Assembly (NCBI GenBank): GCA_964016885.1
Contig: OZ024741.1
Location: 54,684,001 to 54,748,000, forward strand
From: Eledone cirrhosa
Lineage: Eukaryota
Reading direction: 5' to 3'
DNA length: 64,000 nt
Part shown: one piece after another, positions 39,457 through 53,394 of the stretch
How positions within the stretch are numbered: position 1 is the first letter of the stretch
Layout: each line of letters begins with the position of its first letter
Position numbers and translations under genes: made by a program
Notes under the pieces: model-generated
Told to the model about the DNA's origin: nothing
Seen by the model: the letters and a program-made list of their open reading frames with translations, nothing else
Database searches by the model: none

Positions 39457-39786
39457 CTAAATAATGAAAACAAAAGGCGAAATTACATGCATAATTAGTT
39501 CATTGTCTTACGCTCGTTTCTGAAGGCTGATTGATCGTAATAAACTGACAGTAGTCAACTCCACACTATTAGTCTTAATACCGCCTTCGTCTTTCTTTTC
39601 ATTATTCAACAATATATAAAGCTGTAGCGCCTTTGAATTCTTTACGAAATCCAATATGAAGAAAACCTACAAAAGAAACAATTAGATCTTTTGATCTAGT
39701 TGGAATTTTTACTTTAATACAACATGGTTTTCTAGCAACGTTATTGGCCCTACCATAGACAAGTAGATAACAGTGTGTATACATGG

Positions 39787-39882
<96 letters not shown>

Positions 39883-40464
39883 TTGAGTGTGTATGTGAGT
39901 GTATGTGTCTGTGTGAGATTGGGTGTGTGTATGTGTGTGTGTTTGTGTGTGTATATGTGTGTGTGTGTTTGTGTGTGTTTGTGTGTGTGTATGTGAGTGT
40001 GTGTGTGTGTATGTTTATGTGTGCATATGTGTGTGTGTATGTCTGGGTGTGTATGTGTGTGTGTGTAGGTGAGTGTATGTTTGTGTGTGTGTGTATGTGT
40101 GTGTGAATATCGCCGAAAATACTTATTTGCGTGCATAAACATGTAAAATCGCTGATTTAAAAGTAATAAATTAATTTTTTTTAAAAATACTTTACTATAA
40201 AGAAATTGTATGAAAACCAATTTAAAGGCGTAAAGTAAATGAATTGATCACATTTTGTTGTTTGACTTGCATCAGCCAAAAAAATCAAACGTATCGTTTT
40301 TTTATGCCATAGAAGTGCTCTTTGTTTCTATTTTCTCTCAGTGTTTTTGCATGTCCAGTTAGTAGCAGGCAAATGGTGTTTCAACTTGTCTTCTGGTATG
40401 CATCAGTCACTCTTTACGTTTTTTCGTTGCTACCCTAGCTTCTCCCTCTACAGTAAAAATGTCA

Positions 40465-40966
40465 ATTACAGGGGTAGATAAATTCGATATTCCAATGTTT
40501 GTAAATTGCTGACCTTGTGCCAATGCTAGAAAGAATTATTAATGTTGAGGTGGTGGGTTGGCAATATCGGTAGAGCACCGGACAACATGTTTCGCAGCAT
40601 AGAGTTACGTCCCTTTACGATCTGAGTTCAAATCCCGCCGAGGTTAAGCTTTGTCTTTCATCCTTACGGGGATCGATAAAATAAGGCACCAGTAACACAC
40701 TGGAGTTGATTTAATCAACTTTCCCCTCCCTCAAAATGGCTCGCTTTGTGCATAAAGTAGAAACAATTATTATTATTGGATTGGCAGTATCGGTAGAGGG
40801 TCAGACGCCATGCTTTACAGCATAGAGTTACGACCCTTTACTGTCTCAGTTCAAAACCCGCCGAAGTTAACTTTGCCTTCCATCCTTAAGAGGTCGATAA
40901 AATAAAGTACCAGTAATTCACTGGGATAATTCCTGGTCTTGTGCTAAAAGTAGAAACAATTATTAT
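40465..40966 (+). mobile_element. Three tandem SINE family 1 copies (3' remnant, 40547-40777, 40778-40966)
   Basis: Repeated head TGGCA(A/G)TATCGGTAGAG, B-box GAGTTCAAATCC, core and ATT tails. Confidence 0.85.
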
Positions 40967-41358
40967 AAATGTCATTGTTGTTATTATTGTTATTGCTTTT
41001 GTTGTTGTTATCGTTATATTGTTGTTGTTCTTGTTATTCAACATCTTTGTTTTCGCTTCAGATGCCTTCAGTTGTCTACCTTTAGCTTTATCTCTCTCTG
41101 TCTTGTCTTACAAATAAATTGTAAATAACTGTGTATGTACACACATGAACACACATACACAGACGCACACAACCACACACACGCGCGCGCACGCAATAGA
41201 CATATATACATGTACATATAGACACATACATATATGTATATAAATAAATAATAATATACATATACATATATATATATATATGCATTTATACATATGTGTG
41301 TGTATATATACACATATATACACACATATGTGTATACATATACATACATATATATACA

Positions 41359-41398
<40 letters not shown>

Positions 41399-41765
41399 TA
41401 CATATATACATATATATTACTTACTCTCTCATATATACATACAAACTCACACATGTGCGTGTGAGTTTATCATCTCAGTAAAGATAAAACTATCTACCAA
41501 TATTATTAGATCCATAAAAGGGAAAGAGCGTGTCAAAAAGCTTAATAACGCTCAGCTCACTCGATATATAAAAACAGTAAAGAGCTTCAAAGATTGAAGA
41601 ATTGATTCTACTGTTGAACGTAAGAAGCTCTCAGAAATGGCGTTGAAAGCAATTGCAATGATTAAAACGAGAAAGAGCCAGCAATCCATCAAAAATACAA
41701 TGCTTTTTCGGGGTCTATAATCATTTATGAAGCTAGTCCGTATATATATATATATATATATATGT

Positions 41766-41933
<168 letters not shown>

Positions 41934-42027
41934 ATATATATATATACGTACTTACATATACACATAAATATATACACATAAAAACAAACATACATACTTA
42001 AATACATGAAAACCTAAATCAATCATC

Positions 42028-42345
42028 GGCACTCCGTCTGTTACGAAGAAGAGTGTTGCAGTTGCTACGACTAACGGAATAGAAACAGGCATCTCTTAAC
42101 AACACGCATGAGTTTTCACAGATGCACCGTTATGTAGTACCAATATATATATATATGCACACACATACACACCACAGATAAGCGCGACACAGTATGTGAC
42201 AATCCTGGCCCTTCGAAATACAGGAATAACTCATTTTTGTCAGCTGAGTAGACTGGAGTAATGTGAAACAATGACACAACGCGATACCGGGAATAGAACT
42301 CACGCCCTTACGAAGTCGAATATCTTTAACTACTAAGCTAACGTA
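42028..42345 (-). mobile_element. SINE family 2, degenerate
   Basis: CAGCTGAGTAGACTGGAG..GTGAAA and GAACTCAC..TAACTACTAAGC match 20815-20950. Confidence 0.7.
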
Positions 42346-42371
42346 CGTAAATACATACATACATACATTCA

Positions 42372-42422
<51 letters not shown>

Positions 42423-43009
42423 GTGTATGTGTGTGTGTATGTATGTATATACATATTTATGTATATATATATGTATATGCATATGTATATACATATACAT
42501 ATAGATTATATCATATAATATTATTCAAGTATTCAAGTAAGTCAAGTTGGTCAATTAATCGACCTTTCGTAGTGTAAACAGACGTAAATCGCTCCACGAC
42601 ATGGGTTACTTAAAGTATTATCAATAAAGTATCAAGTTGTAATGTGTTTGTTTTAGATATGCCACCATAGTTAGGAACTCGATGTTAACAGCCACAGACT
42701 GTTCCCCATCAACATTTTGTAATTGTATTTATTTACCACGGTTGTAATTGAGAGTGCCTATTCTTTATTCTCAATCCTGCTAGAAATGGCAGCTAAACTT
42801 TTCTTCAATCCAAAAATACCGTTTGAAAAGTAGATGATCACTTTGTTCATTTTAATTCTAAAAGTGGAGATGCTCCGTAATATAAAGCCCTTTGCCATAG
42901 TCCTGCTTAATCGAAGTAACTTGAGTCAGGATGTGTGTACGTTGGATCTCCGTCGGTTCCATTTCTAGAAGTTAGCTTGCATGCGGCTGAGAATTTTACA
43001 GACACGTTT

Positions 43010-43216
43010 AATGTTAACGTATTTCTCAGTGTGAACCATGTATGGCACAGTTTGTGGAAAAGCTGGTCCTTTGAAGCCGAGGTACCACATATGTTTTCCA
43101 ACTGAGTGACAGAAGCAAAGTGAAATAGGATCTTACTCAAGGGCACAACAGACCACTACAAATCGTACTCATGACTTTAAGATCTTGAAACCCTAACTAC
43201 TAAGTCCAAACGCCTT
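43010..43216 (-). mobile_element. SINE family 2, old copy
   Basis: ACTGAGTGAC..GTGAAATA..TCTTACTCAAGGGCACAAC..CTAACTACTAAG. Confidence 0.6.
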
Positions 43217-43289
43217 TACGGTGTGGGCACGATGCAAAAACACTATACAATTTAATCTCTAAAATGTAAAGTTCTGAAAATTAAAATAT

Positions 43290-43415
43290 ATTGAATTTGC
43301 AGTGATGAAGAAGTCATACTTCCCCATATGAAAAAATACCGGTAGACTGTACCTGCCGAATCCTTTGTAAAATGGTTCTATAACAGGCCAGACATAATGA
43401 TCTGTGACAAAACAT
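43290..43415 (+). mobile_element. Short RLE-domain fragment of an R4/Dong-type element
   Basis: Reads KYR*TVPAESFVKWFYNRPDIMICDK, compared with KEYWWNVPVKTPIKCTYNIPDIMIWD at about 49530-49610. Confidence 0.6.
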
Positions 43416-43614
43416 TTTCCTTTTAATTTACTCACTCCATGAAAAGTAATAAAACCACGAAAATAGATTATTAGAAAGGAAAATGATCGAGAGAGAACAT
43501 AATTCAAGGAGAGATATGACGATTGGTGTTCCTTTTTAATATATTGGTCAGGAAAGCATGAAGCCGAAAGAGAATTCCTTGGGTGAGATAGTAATTAGGA
43601 AGGCAAATGGCCGG

Positions 43615-46057
43615 AGGAGAATTCCATAGAAGAAGTAGTGGTCAAGAAAGCAAGAAACTGGGAGAGAGTTCCATAAAAGAAGTAGTGGTCAAGAAAACAA
43701 GAAACCGGGAGAGAATTCCATAGAAGTAGTGGTCAAGAAAGCAAGAAACCGGGACAGAATTCCATAGAGGAAGTAGTGGTCAAGAAAGCAAGAAACCGGG
43801 ACAGAATTCCATAGAGGAAGTAGTGGTCAAGAAAGCAAGAGACCGGGAGAGAATTCCATAGAGGAAGTAGTGGTCAAGAAAGCAAGAAACCGGGACAGAA
43901 TTCCATAGAAGAAGTAGTGGTCAAGAAAACAAGAAACCGGGAGAGAATTCCATAGAAGAAGTAGTGGTCAAGAAAGCAAGAAACCGGGACAGAATTCCAT
44001 AGAGGAAGTAGTGGTCAAGAAAGCAAGAAACCGGGACAGAATTACATAGAGGAAGTAGTGGTCAAGAAAGCAAGAAACCGGGACAGAATTCCATAGAGGA
44101 AGTAGTGGTCAAGATAGCAAGAGACCGGGAGAGAATTCCATAGAGGAAGTAGTGGTCAAGAAAGCAAGAGACCGGGAGAGAATTCCATAGAGGAAGTAGT
44201 GGTCAAGAAAGCAAGAAACTGGGAGAGAGTTCCATAAAAGAAGTAGTGGTCAAGAAAGCAAGAAACCGGGAGAGAATTCCATAGAGGAAGTAGTGGTCAA
44301 GAAAGCAAGAAACTGGGAGAGAATTCCATAAAAGAAGTAGTGGTCAAGAAAGCAAGAAACCGGGAGAGAATTCCATAGAGGAAGTAGTGGTCAAGAAAGC
44401 AAGAAACTGGGAGAGAGTTCCATAAAAGAAGTAGTGGTCAAGAAAGCAAGAGACCGGGAGAGAATTCCATAGAGGAAGTAGTGGTCAAGAAAGCAAGAAA
44501 CCGGGAGAGAATTCCATAGAGGAAGTAGTGGTCAAGAAAGCAAGAGACCGGGAGAGAATTCCATAGAGGAAGTAGTGGTCAAGAAAGCAAGAAACTGGGA
44601 GAGAATTCCATAAAAGAAGTAGTGGTCAAGATAGCAAGAAACTGGGAGAGAATTCCATAGAGGAAGTAGTGGTCAAGAAAGCAAGAAACCGGGAGAGAGT
44701 TCCATAGAAGAAGTAGTGGTCAAGAAAGCAAGAAACTGGGAGAGAGTTCCATAGAAGAAGTAGTGGTCAAGAAAGCAAGAAACTGGGAGAGAATTACATA
44801 GAGGAAGTAGTGGTCAAGAAAGCAAGAAACCGGGAGAGAATTCCATAGAGGAAGTAGTGGTCAAGATAGCAAGAAACTGGGAGAGAGTTCCATAGAAGAA
44901 GTAGTGGTCAAGAAAGCAAGAAACTGGGAGAGAATTACATAGAGGAAGTAGTGGTCAAGAAAGCAAGAAACCGGGAGAGAATTCCATAGAGGAAGTAGTG
45001 GTCAAGAAAGCAAGAAACTGGGAGAGAATTACATAGAGGAAGTAGTGGTCAAGAAAGCAAGAAACTGGGAGAGAATTCCATAGAGGAAGTAGTGGTCAAG
45101 AAAGCAAGAAACTGGGAGAGAGTTCCATAAAAGAAGTAGTGGTCAAGATAGCAAGAAACTGGGAGAGAATTCCATAGAGGAAGTAGTGGTCAAGAAAGCA
45201 AGAAACTGGGAGAGAGTTCCATAAAAGAAGTAGTGGTCAAGATAGCAAGAAACTGGGAGAGAATTCCATAGAGGAAGTAGTGGTCAAGAAAGCAAGAAAC
45301 CGGGAGAGAGTTCCATAGAAGTAGTGGTCAAGAAAGCAAGAAACTGGGAGAGAGTTCCATAGAAGAAGTAGTGGTCAAGAAAGCAAGAAACTGGGAGAGA
45401 ATTACATAGAGGAAGTAGTGGTCAAGAAAGCAAGAAACCGGGAGAGAATTCCATAGAGGAAGTAGTGGTCAAGAAAGCAAGAAACTGGGAGAGAGTTCCA
45501 TAGAAGAAGTAGTGGTCAAGAAAGCAAGAAACTGGGAGAGAATTACATAGAGGAAGTAGTGGTCAAGAAAGCAAGAAACCGGGAGAGAATTCCATAGAGG
45601 AAGTAGTGGTCAAGAAAGCAAGAAACTGGGAGAGAATTACATAGAGGAAGTAGTGGTCAAGAAAGCAAGAAACCGGGAGAGAATTCCATAGAGGAAGTAG
45701 TGGTCAAGAAAGCAAGAGACCGGGAGAGAATTCCATAGAGGAAGTAGTGGTCAAGATAGCAAGAAACTGGGAGAGAGTTCCATAGAGGAAGTAGTGGTCA
45801 AGAAAGCAAGAAACTGGGAGAGAATTCCATAGAAGTAATGGTCAAGAAAGCAAGAAACTGGGAGAGAATTCCATAGAGGAAGTAGTGGTCAAGAAAGCAA
45901 GAAACTGGGAGAGAATTCCATAGAAGTAATGGTCAAGAAAGCAAGAAACTGGGAGAGAATTCCATAGAGGAAGTAGTGGTCAAGATAGCAAGAAACTGGG
46001 AGAGAATTCCATAGAAGTAATGGTCAAGAAAGCAAGAAACTGGGAGAGAATTCCATA
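43615..46057. repeat. 47-bp tandem satellite, about 52 copies
   Basis: Unit GGGAGAGAATTCCATAGAGGAAGTAGTGGTCAAGAAAGCAAGAAAC(C/T), with decayed units at both edges. Confidence 0.98.
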
Positions 46058-46746
46058 CGCGAGACAGAGGTCAGAAAAGAAAGAAGCCAAAAGGGAATTC
46101 CATAGACAAAATACTGGTAAAAAGAAGCGAGAAGATGAGTATGTGCGCAGCAGTAGAAATCAGTTGTTTAGCAGACGTTAACATAATGTTAAAGATAAAA
46201 TAAAAAAGAAAGCAACGTTACCAAACAAATGATAAAACTATACATACTATAGCTGGTCTCTGAATTTAGATTTATATATGTATCTATAGGGGCTTGTTGC
46301 TGTAATGTAAGTAATCTTAAGATTGTCGTCTGTAAAAAAGCAGACTAACACGCTTAATTAGGATAGTAAAATACCAAACCATTAATGGATGAAATGTGAA
46401 AGTATGTATGACATTCATTCCAGACGTTTAGCCTGCAGTAGGTACATATACACACTGGTGGGTATACAACTGTATATATGCATAAATCCAAACGTAACAC
46501 ACCTGTATTCATACATATATGATTATCTGTTTAATGTTGTCTATGTTCAAATGGAACGAATATGTTATCTGTCAGAAATTGAGATAATCTTTCTTTTATT
46601 GGTAATTAAAGAAATATAACCAGTACATACATAAATACACACACACGCACAAACACGTGTATATATTATGTTTTGTATAGAAATGGCTTCTACAGGACTA
46701 GAACTGTCTCATTCAAAAGAAATCAAATATATATGTGTGTGTATGT

Positions 46747-46850
<104 letters not shown>

Positions 46851-46884
46851 ATACACACACACAAATATATGTATGCATACATAC

Positions 46885-47240
46885 ACAGAGGACACAGTCG
46901 CACATATGGCAGTTAAGATTATTCATTAAATTCAAGAGGAATAACATCTCCACCAGTAATTCCACAACTACAAGTCTTGTTAGATAACGGGATATTCTTC
47001 TGAAGATATTCAATGAAGACACATTGTATTCGAAATCGTAGGGATAAATGTCTAAAATCGAATTTACCTTAAAAGGACTTGCTAAAAAAACACCAACATC
47101 AACAACATTAGTGAAGAATCGAAGAAAAACATCAACCACAAAGGAAAACAGAATATTTAAATTGTAGTTGCAGAAGGAACCGAAATTATATATCGTTTTC
47201 TTTTTACTTGGTGTTACGAACTCAATAACGACCTGTTTAA
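46885..47240 (+). mobile_element. 5'-end fragment of an R4/Dong-type TACA element
   Basis: Aligns with about 55035-55390 (5' UTR and ORF start); preceded by CATACATACA. Confidence 0.75.
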
Positions 47241-47366
47241 TACATACATACATACATACATAAATACATACATACATACATACATACATACATACATACA
47301 TACATACATACATACATACATACATACATACATACATACATACATACATACATACATACATACATA
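47241..47366. repeat. (TACA)n microsatellite
   Basis: Read directly. Confidence 0.97.
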
Positions 47367-48398
47367 GTAACACTGAAGCAACATTTTTGACAGAGGAAAA
47401 AGGTTGGCAACAATCTTGCCCAGGTTTATGAGCATGAAGAAAAAAATATCATTAGGATAGCCACTGATCTGGAGGAGAGATATGGAATAAAGCCTGATAT
47501 AAATCTCTCACCCAGAGAAATCGGAAGATCCTATTCAATGTTCAAACAAGATGAAAAAATTGAACAATTTACAGAAAAAGTTGTGCATGGTTACTTGAGA
47601 CGCAAAACACAGACCATAGAGGGGATAAAAAAGCATGGCATGGAGTTCCAACAAGTTTATGACATCACACCTTGAGGGATATCTCTATGCAAGAACTCCC
47701 TACCAAATATCTGCTGCACAAAAGAGGAGGGCCATCAGCTGACAATAAATGTAGGCTATGTAAAACAAAGATCGAAGATGTAAGCCACATTGCCAGCTGC
47801 GAAAGAATGTTATCTCGCTACTACCTCCCCATGAGACACGATGTGATAGCTAGAACCATCTGGAAAGCACTTCGGAAAACAAAATTGAAAACAAACGAGG
47901 ACGAATATATTGAGACAGATGGCACTAAGGAATACTGGTGGAACCTGAAAATAAAAACTGCCACTAAATTAAAGCACAACCGGCCTGATATTATTGTTTG
48001 GGATCACACATTGAAAACGTGTTCTGTTGTGGAGATCAGCTGCCCACTTGATGTAAACGTAGTCAGAAAAATACAGGAGAAGTAGGACATCTACGGACCA
48101 TTGATGAGGAGTTTACAAATCCAGTATCCAAGATACACCTTTAGCTTCATACCCATCATTATTGGAGCTACGGGTTATATACCAACCCGCTTGGACCAAT
48201 GTATAACTGAACTTGGATTTGCGGACAAAGAGCGCAACTCCCTAATTCATAGTCTACAAATGGCTGCGACAGCTGGCACCTTCAAAATTTGCAAAACATT
48301 CTTGCGATTCAAGGGATGATAATTTCTTTTCTTTTACAACCTAGCCACTAGGAAGGTGGCCGGTCAAAAATATACTCGAAATTAAGAGAAAAAGATAA
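47367..48398 (+). mobile_element. R4/Dong-type RLE element, TACA family 2, 3' fragment
   Basis: CRLCKTKIEDVSHIASC, RHD and HNRPDIIVWD..VEISCP; ends in CATACATACATA. Confidence 0.9.
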
Positions 48399-48413
48399 CA
48401 TACATACATACAC

Positions 48414-50152
48414 AAATGGGATGAAGAAAAATCTTGACCTGATTACAATATTCTCAAAGGATATAGGAATGGAGATAAATGTTCATATATGATTGTAAAG
48501 CGGGAAAAAAACTACAACCCAATCTAACAACATTTTTATCAATGGCCTAAATGTTTCGCTAATATCTGACGAGAACTGCTACAGATACCTGGGGATAGAT
48601 TAGAATATATACTATAATGGCATTTGCAATAAGGAACGTGTAACCAGGGAATATTACACATGATTAAGAAAAATATGGTCATCGGAACTTTCTGCACACA
48701 ATAAAACAGTGGCTCACAATGTGTTTGATGTGCCTGTCCTAACACCAACGTTTGGAATACTCAATTGGACGATAGACGAAATCCGAGCCATTGACGTTAA
48801 AACTCGAAAAATCCTAAATAACACCGGTAAATTGCACATCAATAGTGACATAGACTTCCTCTACTTGAAACGAAAGCAGGAGGCAGATGCCTAACATCAG
48901 TCTAGACAGCATTTGAGTGTCGCATCATAACCCTCAGACAATATTTACGAACCTCCAAGCGTAGGAGCCCATCTATTGGATAAGTCTGTCTGCATGAGAC
49001 AGATAAAATCATGAGAGTCAGGAAGGAACTCCTTGAAAGATATTCCCTGCATGATAATCAAAACTCACACCCAGGGAAATTGCCCAACAGTACCGCAGTG
49101 AATCCATTGATGAAAAACTGCATGCGTATCAGCAAAAAATCGTCCATGGATATGTTGCCAGGAAGCTCCAGAGTGAGAGTAATATAGATAAGCAAAGTAC
49201 CAACAACCGCTATATTGGCTCCCACTTTGAAGGATATGCTTTTGCCATGCAAGAACAGGAAATCAACACAAAATACCTGATTCACAAAAGAGATGGGGAT
49301 GTAGGCAAAACACCTAGATGTGACAAGTGCAGACTCTGCAGAATTAACACCAAAGATGTCACCCATGTCATAAGAAGCTGTCCAAAGATGCTATCGTGGT
49401 ACTATCTACCTATGAGGCATGATGTAGTGGCTGAAACACTGTACAATGCAATTCGTAGAAAAGTTAGCCCCGACAATAAATACATTAAATGCTACAGGAA
49501 TGTGGAAAACATACATATACATAATATGAAAGAGTACTGGTGGAATGTTCCAGTAAAAACCCCAATAAAATGCACATATAACATACCAGATATAATGATA
49601 TGGGACAGGACAAAGAAGGCATGCACAGTAGTGGAAGTTAGCTGCCCAACAGATGCCAATATAATATTAAAGATTAGCGGAAAGAAGAATATCTATGTAG
49701 AACTAAGGAGAAATAGCAGACACTCCACCCTGATTACACCTTCATATTTATGCTTGTCATTATTGGGGCACTGGGTATGTTAGTAACTGCCTCAATACAA
49801 ATCTTGAGAAGCTAGGCTTCACAGAAACAGAAAGAACACAACTAGTTAGGAAATTGCAAGTACAATCCATTAATGGAACAGTAAAAATATGCAAAACACT
49901 CCAAAGATTCTGCATCTAATAACTGCATATACACATGTACAGATACAAAGCATATACACATGCACACATACAACTCCAAACATACACATCCACACATACA
50001 TTAACATCCATACCTACACATGCATGCCTGCAGACAAGCATACATATCTACCTAGTTGATGTTGTGTAACTTCCAATGAGAGAGTCTTGTGTCTATGTTA
50101 GAAACCAACTCTCTCTCTATTGGCAAAAATTTGTGAAATTATAAAACCAGAA
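48414..50152 (+). mobile_element. R4/Dong-type RLE element, TACA family 1, 3' fragment
   Basis: Collinear with about 57245-58989; CRLC..H..C and PDIMIWD..VEVSCP; ends in CATACATACAT. Confidence 0.92.
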
Positions 50153-50163
50153 CATACATACAT

Positions 50164-50590
50164 TCGTATTGGCCTGGATTTGTTGTTTGGGATCACATAT
50201 TTAATACATTTTTTGTTTAGCTTGCCCACTCGATCAATGTGGTAAGAAAAATACAAGAGAAGGAGAGTACCTACATTTATGAGGAATTTACATATCCAAT
50301 ATCCAAAATACACGTTCAGCCTCATGCCTCATATTATTGGAGCAACAGGTTATATTCCTAACTGCCCGGACGAAAGTATCACTGAACTTGGATTTGTGGA
50401 GAAACCATATAGCTATTCAATTCATAAGCTACAAATTGCTGCGATATATAATTTGTAAAACATTCTTACAATTCGAAGGATGAACGATTGCACAAGGGAC
50501 GACGTAATTTCCTTTTTTTTTACAATCTCGCCTCCGGAAAGTCGGCATTCAAAAATAAACTCAAAATTAAGCGAATGAGAAGACAAATAA
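50164..50590 (+). mobile_element. Older TACA family 2 3' fragment
   Basis: Degenerate match to about 47980-48398. Confidence 0.75.
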
Positions 50591-50849
50591 ACATTCGATA
50601 TAGTTTTTGCAGTTTCCGTCTACCAAATTTTACTTACATGACATTGGTCATCTCAAAGCTATTCCAGAAAATGCATATTTTAGACGTGCATCGGATCGAA
50701 CCCGGAATTGCGTGATTGCGTAACGAAATTCTTAATTATACAGTCTTGCACTCACCTCCATATATATGGTTGTTTTCTGCAGTTGATAGGTAGCTGAGCA
50801 AACAGTTTTTTTATATCGTCTTTGACAAATATTTTTGTACGATTAGCGT

Positions 50850-51100
50850 TAATCTCGCTATCTCTGCCATGTACCACAGTCCGTTTGATTTGATATTTTC
50901 AGATACCTCTCTGGTGTGTGTTTGACACATTGGCCATGTAGAGACTTTTCTGGCCATCGTCTTAGCATATTTTCTAATTCCATTCCATATTCAATTTGTT
51001 CGTTTATTATTTTTGTTAACTTGATTTTTATTGCTGTTGTTGCTGTTTCATCATTCTTCTCATAACTGTCAGTTACTTCATCCACTTTTATTTTCCCGAT
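50850..51100 (-). mobile_element. Old R4/Dong-type fragment
   Basis: RRWPEKSLHGQ matches the W..K.LHG motif between the RT and CCHC finger. Confidence 0.5.
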
Positions 51101-51393
51101 ATCAGTGTGTGTGTGTGTTAGTGTGTGTCTGTCTGTGTGTCTGCGTGTGTATGTATTTGCGAAACTTAAATGGAAAACAACACAGCAAACGATACAGTAC
51201 AATGAAGATGTATATTACTTTAACCCTTGTTATAATTGCAAAATAGTCATAAAGTTTCAGACGGTAGTCGTTCATCAAGAGATAGAATGAGAAATAAAAA
51301 AAGAAATAGAAAGATTGAGGAGAGTGAGAAGAGGAAGAAACGAAGGAGACAATTATTTGATAAAAAGCAAGTGTGCGTTCAGTCAGCCACACA

Positions 51394-51465
<72 letters not shown>

Positions 51466-52467
51466 TATATACATACATAGATACATACATACATACATAT
51501 ATGTTGTTGTTTCGATCGTGTTTTGTAGCTATTTGTAATTATTATTTGTCTTTAGTTGTTAGAGTTTGTGTGTTTTTTTATCCAATCCTATTTATTTTGT
51601 AGTAGAAATCCTCTCCTTCCTTGTATTCTTGGCAAATTTAATCTTTGTGTCGGATTTTTAGTAGTTATTCAAAATGTAGTCATTATTTTTCTTGTTTTCC
51701 TGTCCAGTCTTGTTAATTCACCTTAGCTTCCAGTTCAGAATATTATAACTATAACATATTACTGAAATAGCGAAAGTTTTCACAATTATTTCCTTTTTTC
51801 TGTGTGTCGTGGTGGTAATTATATATATATTTTTTCAAGCAGTAATTTAATGCGCCTTTAATATTTCTTCCAAACGATGTGTATTATTTGTGTGTGTTAC
51901 ACAACATCGGGTTCATTAAATGGTAAGTATTTGTATGATTGTGTTTGGTCTTATTCTCTTCTCTCCGTTTTTTTTTTTTTTATCTAAAATAATATTATTT
52001 TGTTATTGCATTGGTGCACTTTCATTTATATGAACCCAGCTTCAGGTTCATTTCTCTACAGCATCCATTCAGCCATATGTAACATGGTTATTTCCAATTG
52101 TTTGCATCTAAAATATACACGAGCTCATCCAAATACAAGAGATTGTCGCTTGCCTACATTTCCCATTTAAATCCGAATACAGACTTGTTCAGCATGTTAT
52201 TAAAAAAAGTTAGATTGAGAGAGAAAATCGTGTGAAAAGAGAAAACCTCTTTGGTATAATTCGCAGAGTTTTATGGTTCAGTTGACTTGGAATCTAACAA
52301 ATGCCTTCATATAATCCATCCATGCATTACCAACCTTTTTTGTCATTTGCTGTCATTGTGTTGGTTTCCATGATTTTCACTGGTGTTTACACCCACGTCA
52401 GCCTTTGCAAGACATTTCGTTTCGGGGGTGGCGGTGGGGTATTGTTGTTTTTTGTTCTGAAAGTGTG

Positions 52468-53110
52468 TTTGCTGATCTCCTAGATCCTGTGTCAACAATA
52501 TCTTCTTATGTGCATGAGATGCACCTGGAAGCGATGACTAACCTCTCTGAGGCTGAGGTCACAAGAGCAATTAAAGAGCTCAAATGTGACAAGGCCTCAG
52601 GAGAGGATGAAATTCAACCGATATATTAAAAGCCTTAAATAGAGAAGGTATTCTTTGGCTGACTCGTTTGTGTAGGTTGGCCTTGATATATGGAAAGGCG
52701 CCTAAACAATGGCAATCGAGCAAGATAATCCCAATGTTCAAATAGGGAGACAAGAGAGATTGTTCCAATTATAGAGAGGTCTTTCTGTAAAGACTTCCCG
52801 ATAACGTCTGTACTAAATGTCTGGTAAAGAGTCCAGTCTAGCTGATAAAATGTGTATTTCACCCCGGAAGCAGCACAGTCGTCCGAAACATTCACACTGC
52901 GGCAGGTCCTTGAGAAATCGTGGGAGTACTGCCAAAAGGTGTATTCTTACTTTGTAGACCTCGAAAAGGCACATGACTGCGTTCCACCAGACCTGTTGTA
53001 GAAGGTTCTGCAAGAGTTTGGAATCGATTGAAGGGATGTTGCTGCCTTGATGATTCTATACACTTAATATTTGTGTTTGGATAAATGGTGCTAAGTCGGA
53101 AACAGTCAAT
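52468..53110 (+). mobile_element. RTE-clade LINE fragment (RT N-terminal half)
   Basis: EVTRAIKELKCDKASGEDEI, IIPMFK*GDKRDCSNYR and FVDLEKAHDCVP, read across frameshifts. Confidence 0.85.
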
Positions 53111-53172
53111 CAATTATTATAAATTGCAGTGAAAACCGACAGGTCAGTGTGTTCTTTATTGGCAGCATGGCC

Positions 53173-53296
<124 letters not shown>

Positions 53297-53394
53297 GAGA
53301 GGGTTGAGGACATTTCCATAAATTTAGTAGGAGACGCATAAGTCATGAAGACAAAGCTATAATTGTGAAGAAAATTGGCATGAATAGTCTTGAG

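Noticed and set aside
43615-46057. 47-bp array as a CRISPR array or coding repeat
   Set aside because: No unique spacers and no cas genes, eukaryotic context, unit length not a multiple of 3, and no long ORF.
52387-52460. Minus-strand TTTCAG|..TKNNNTPPPPPKRNVLQRLTWV* as a terminal host exon (SH3- and PDZ-ligand-like)
   Set aside because: Very short, lacks a polypyrimidine tract because an RTE fragment abuts it, and no partner exons were found. RNA-seq or homology would be needed.
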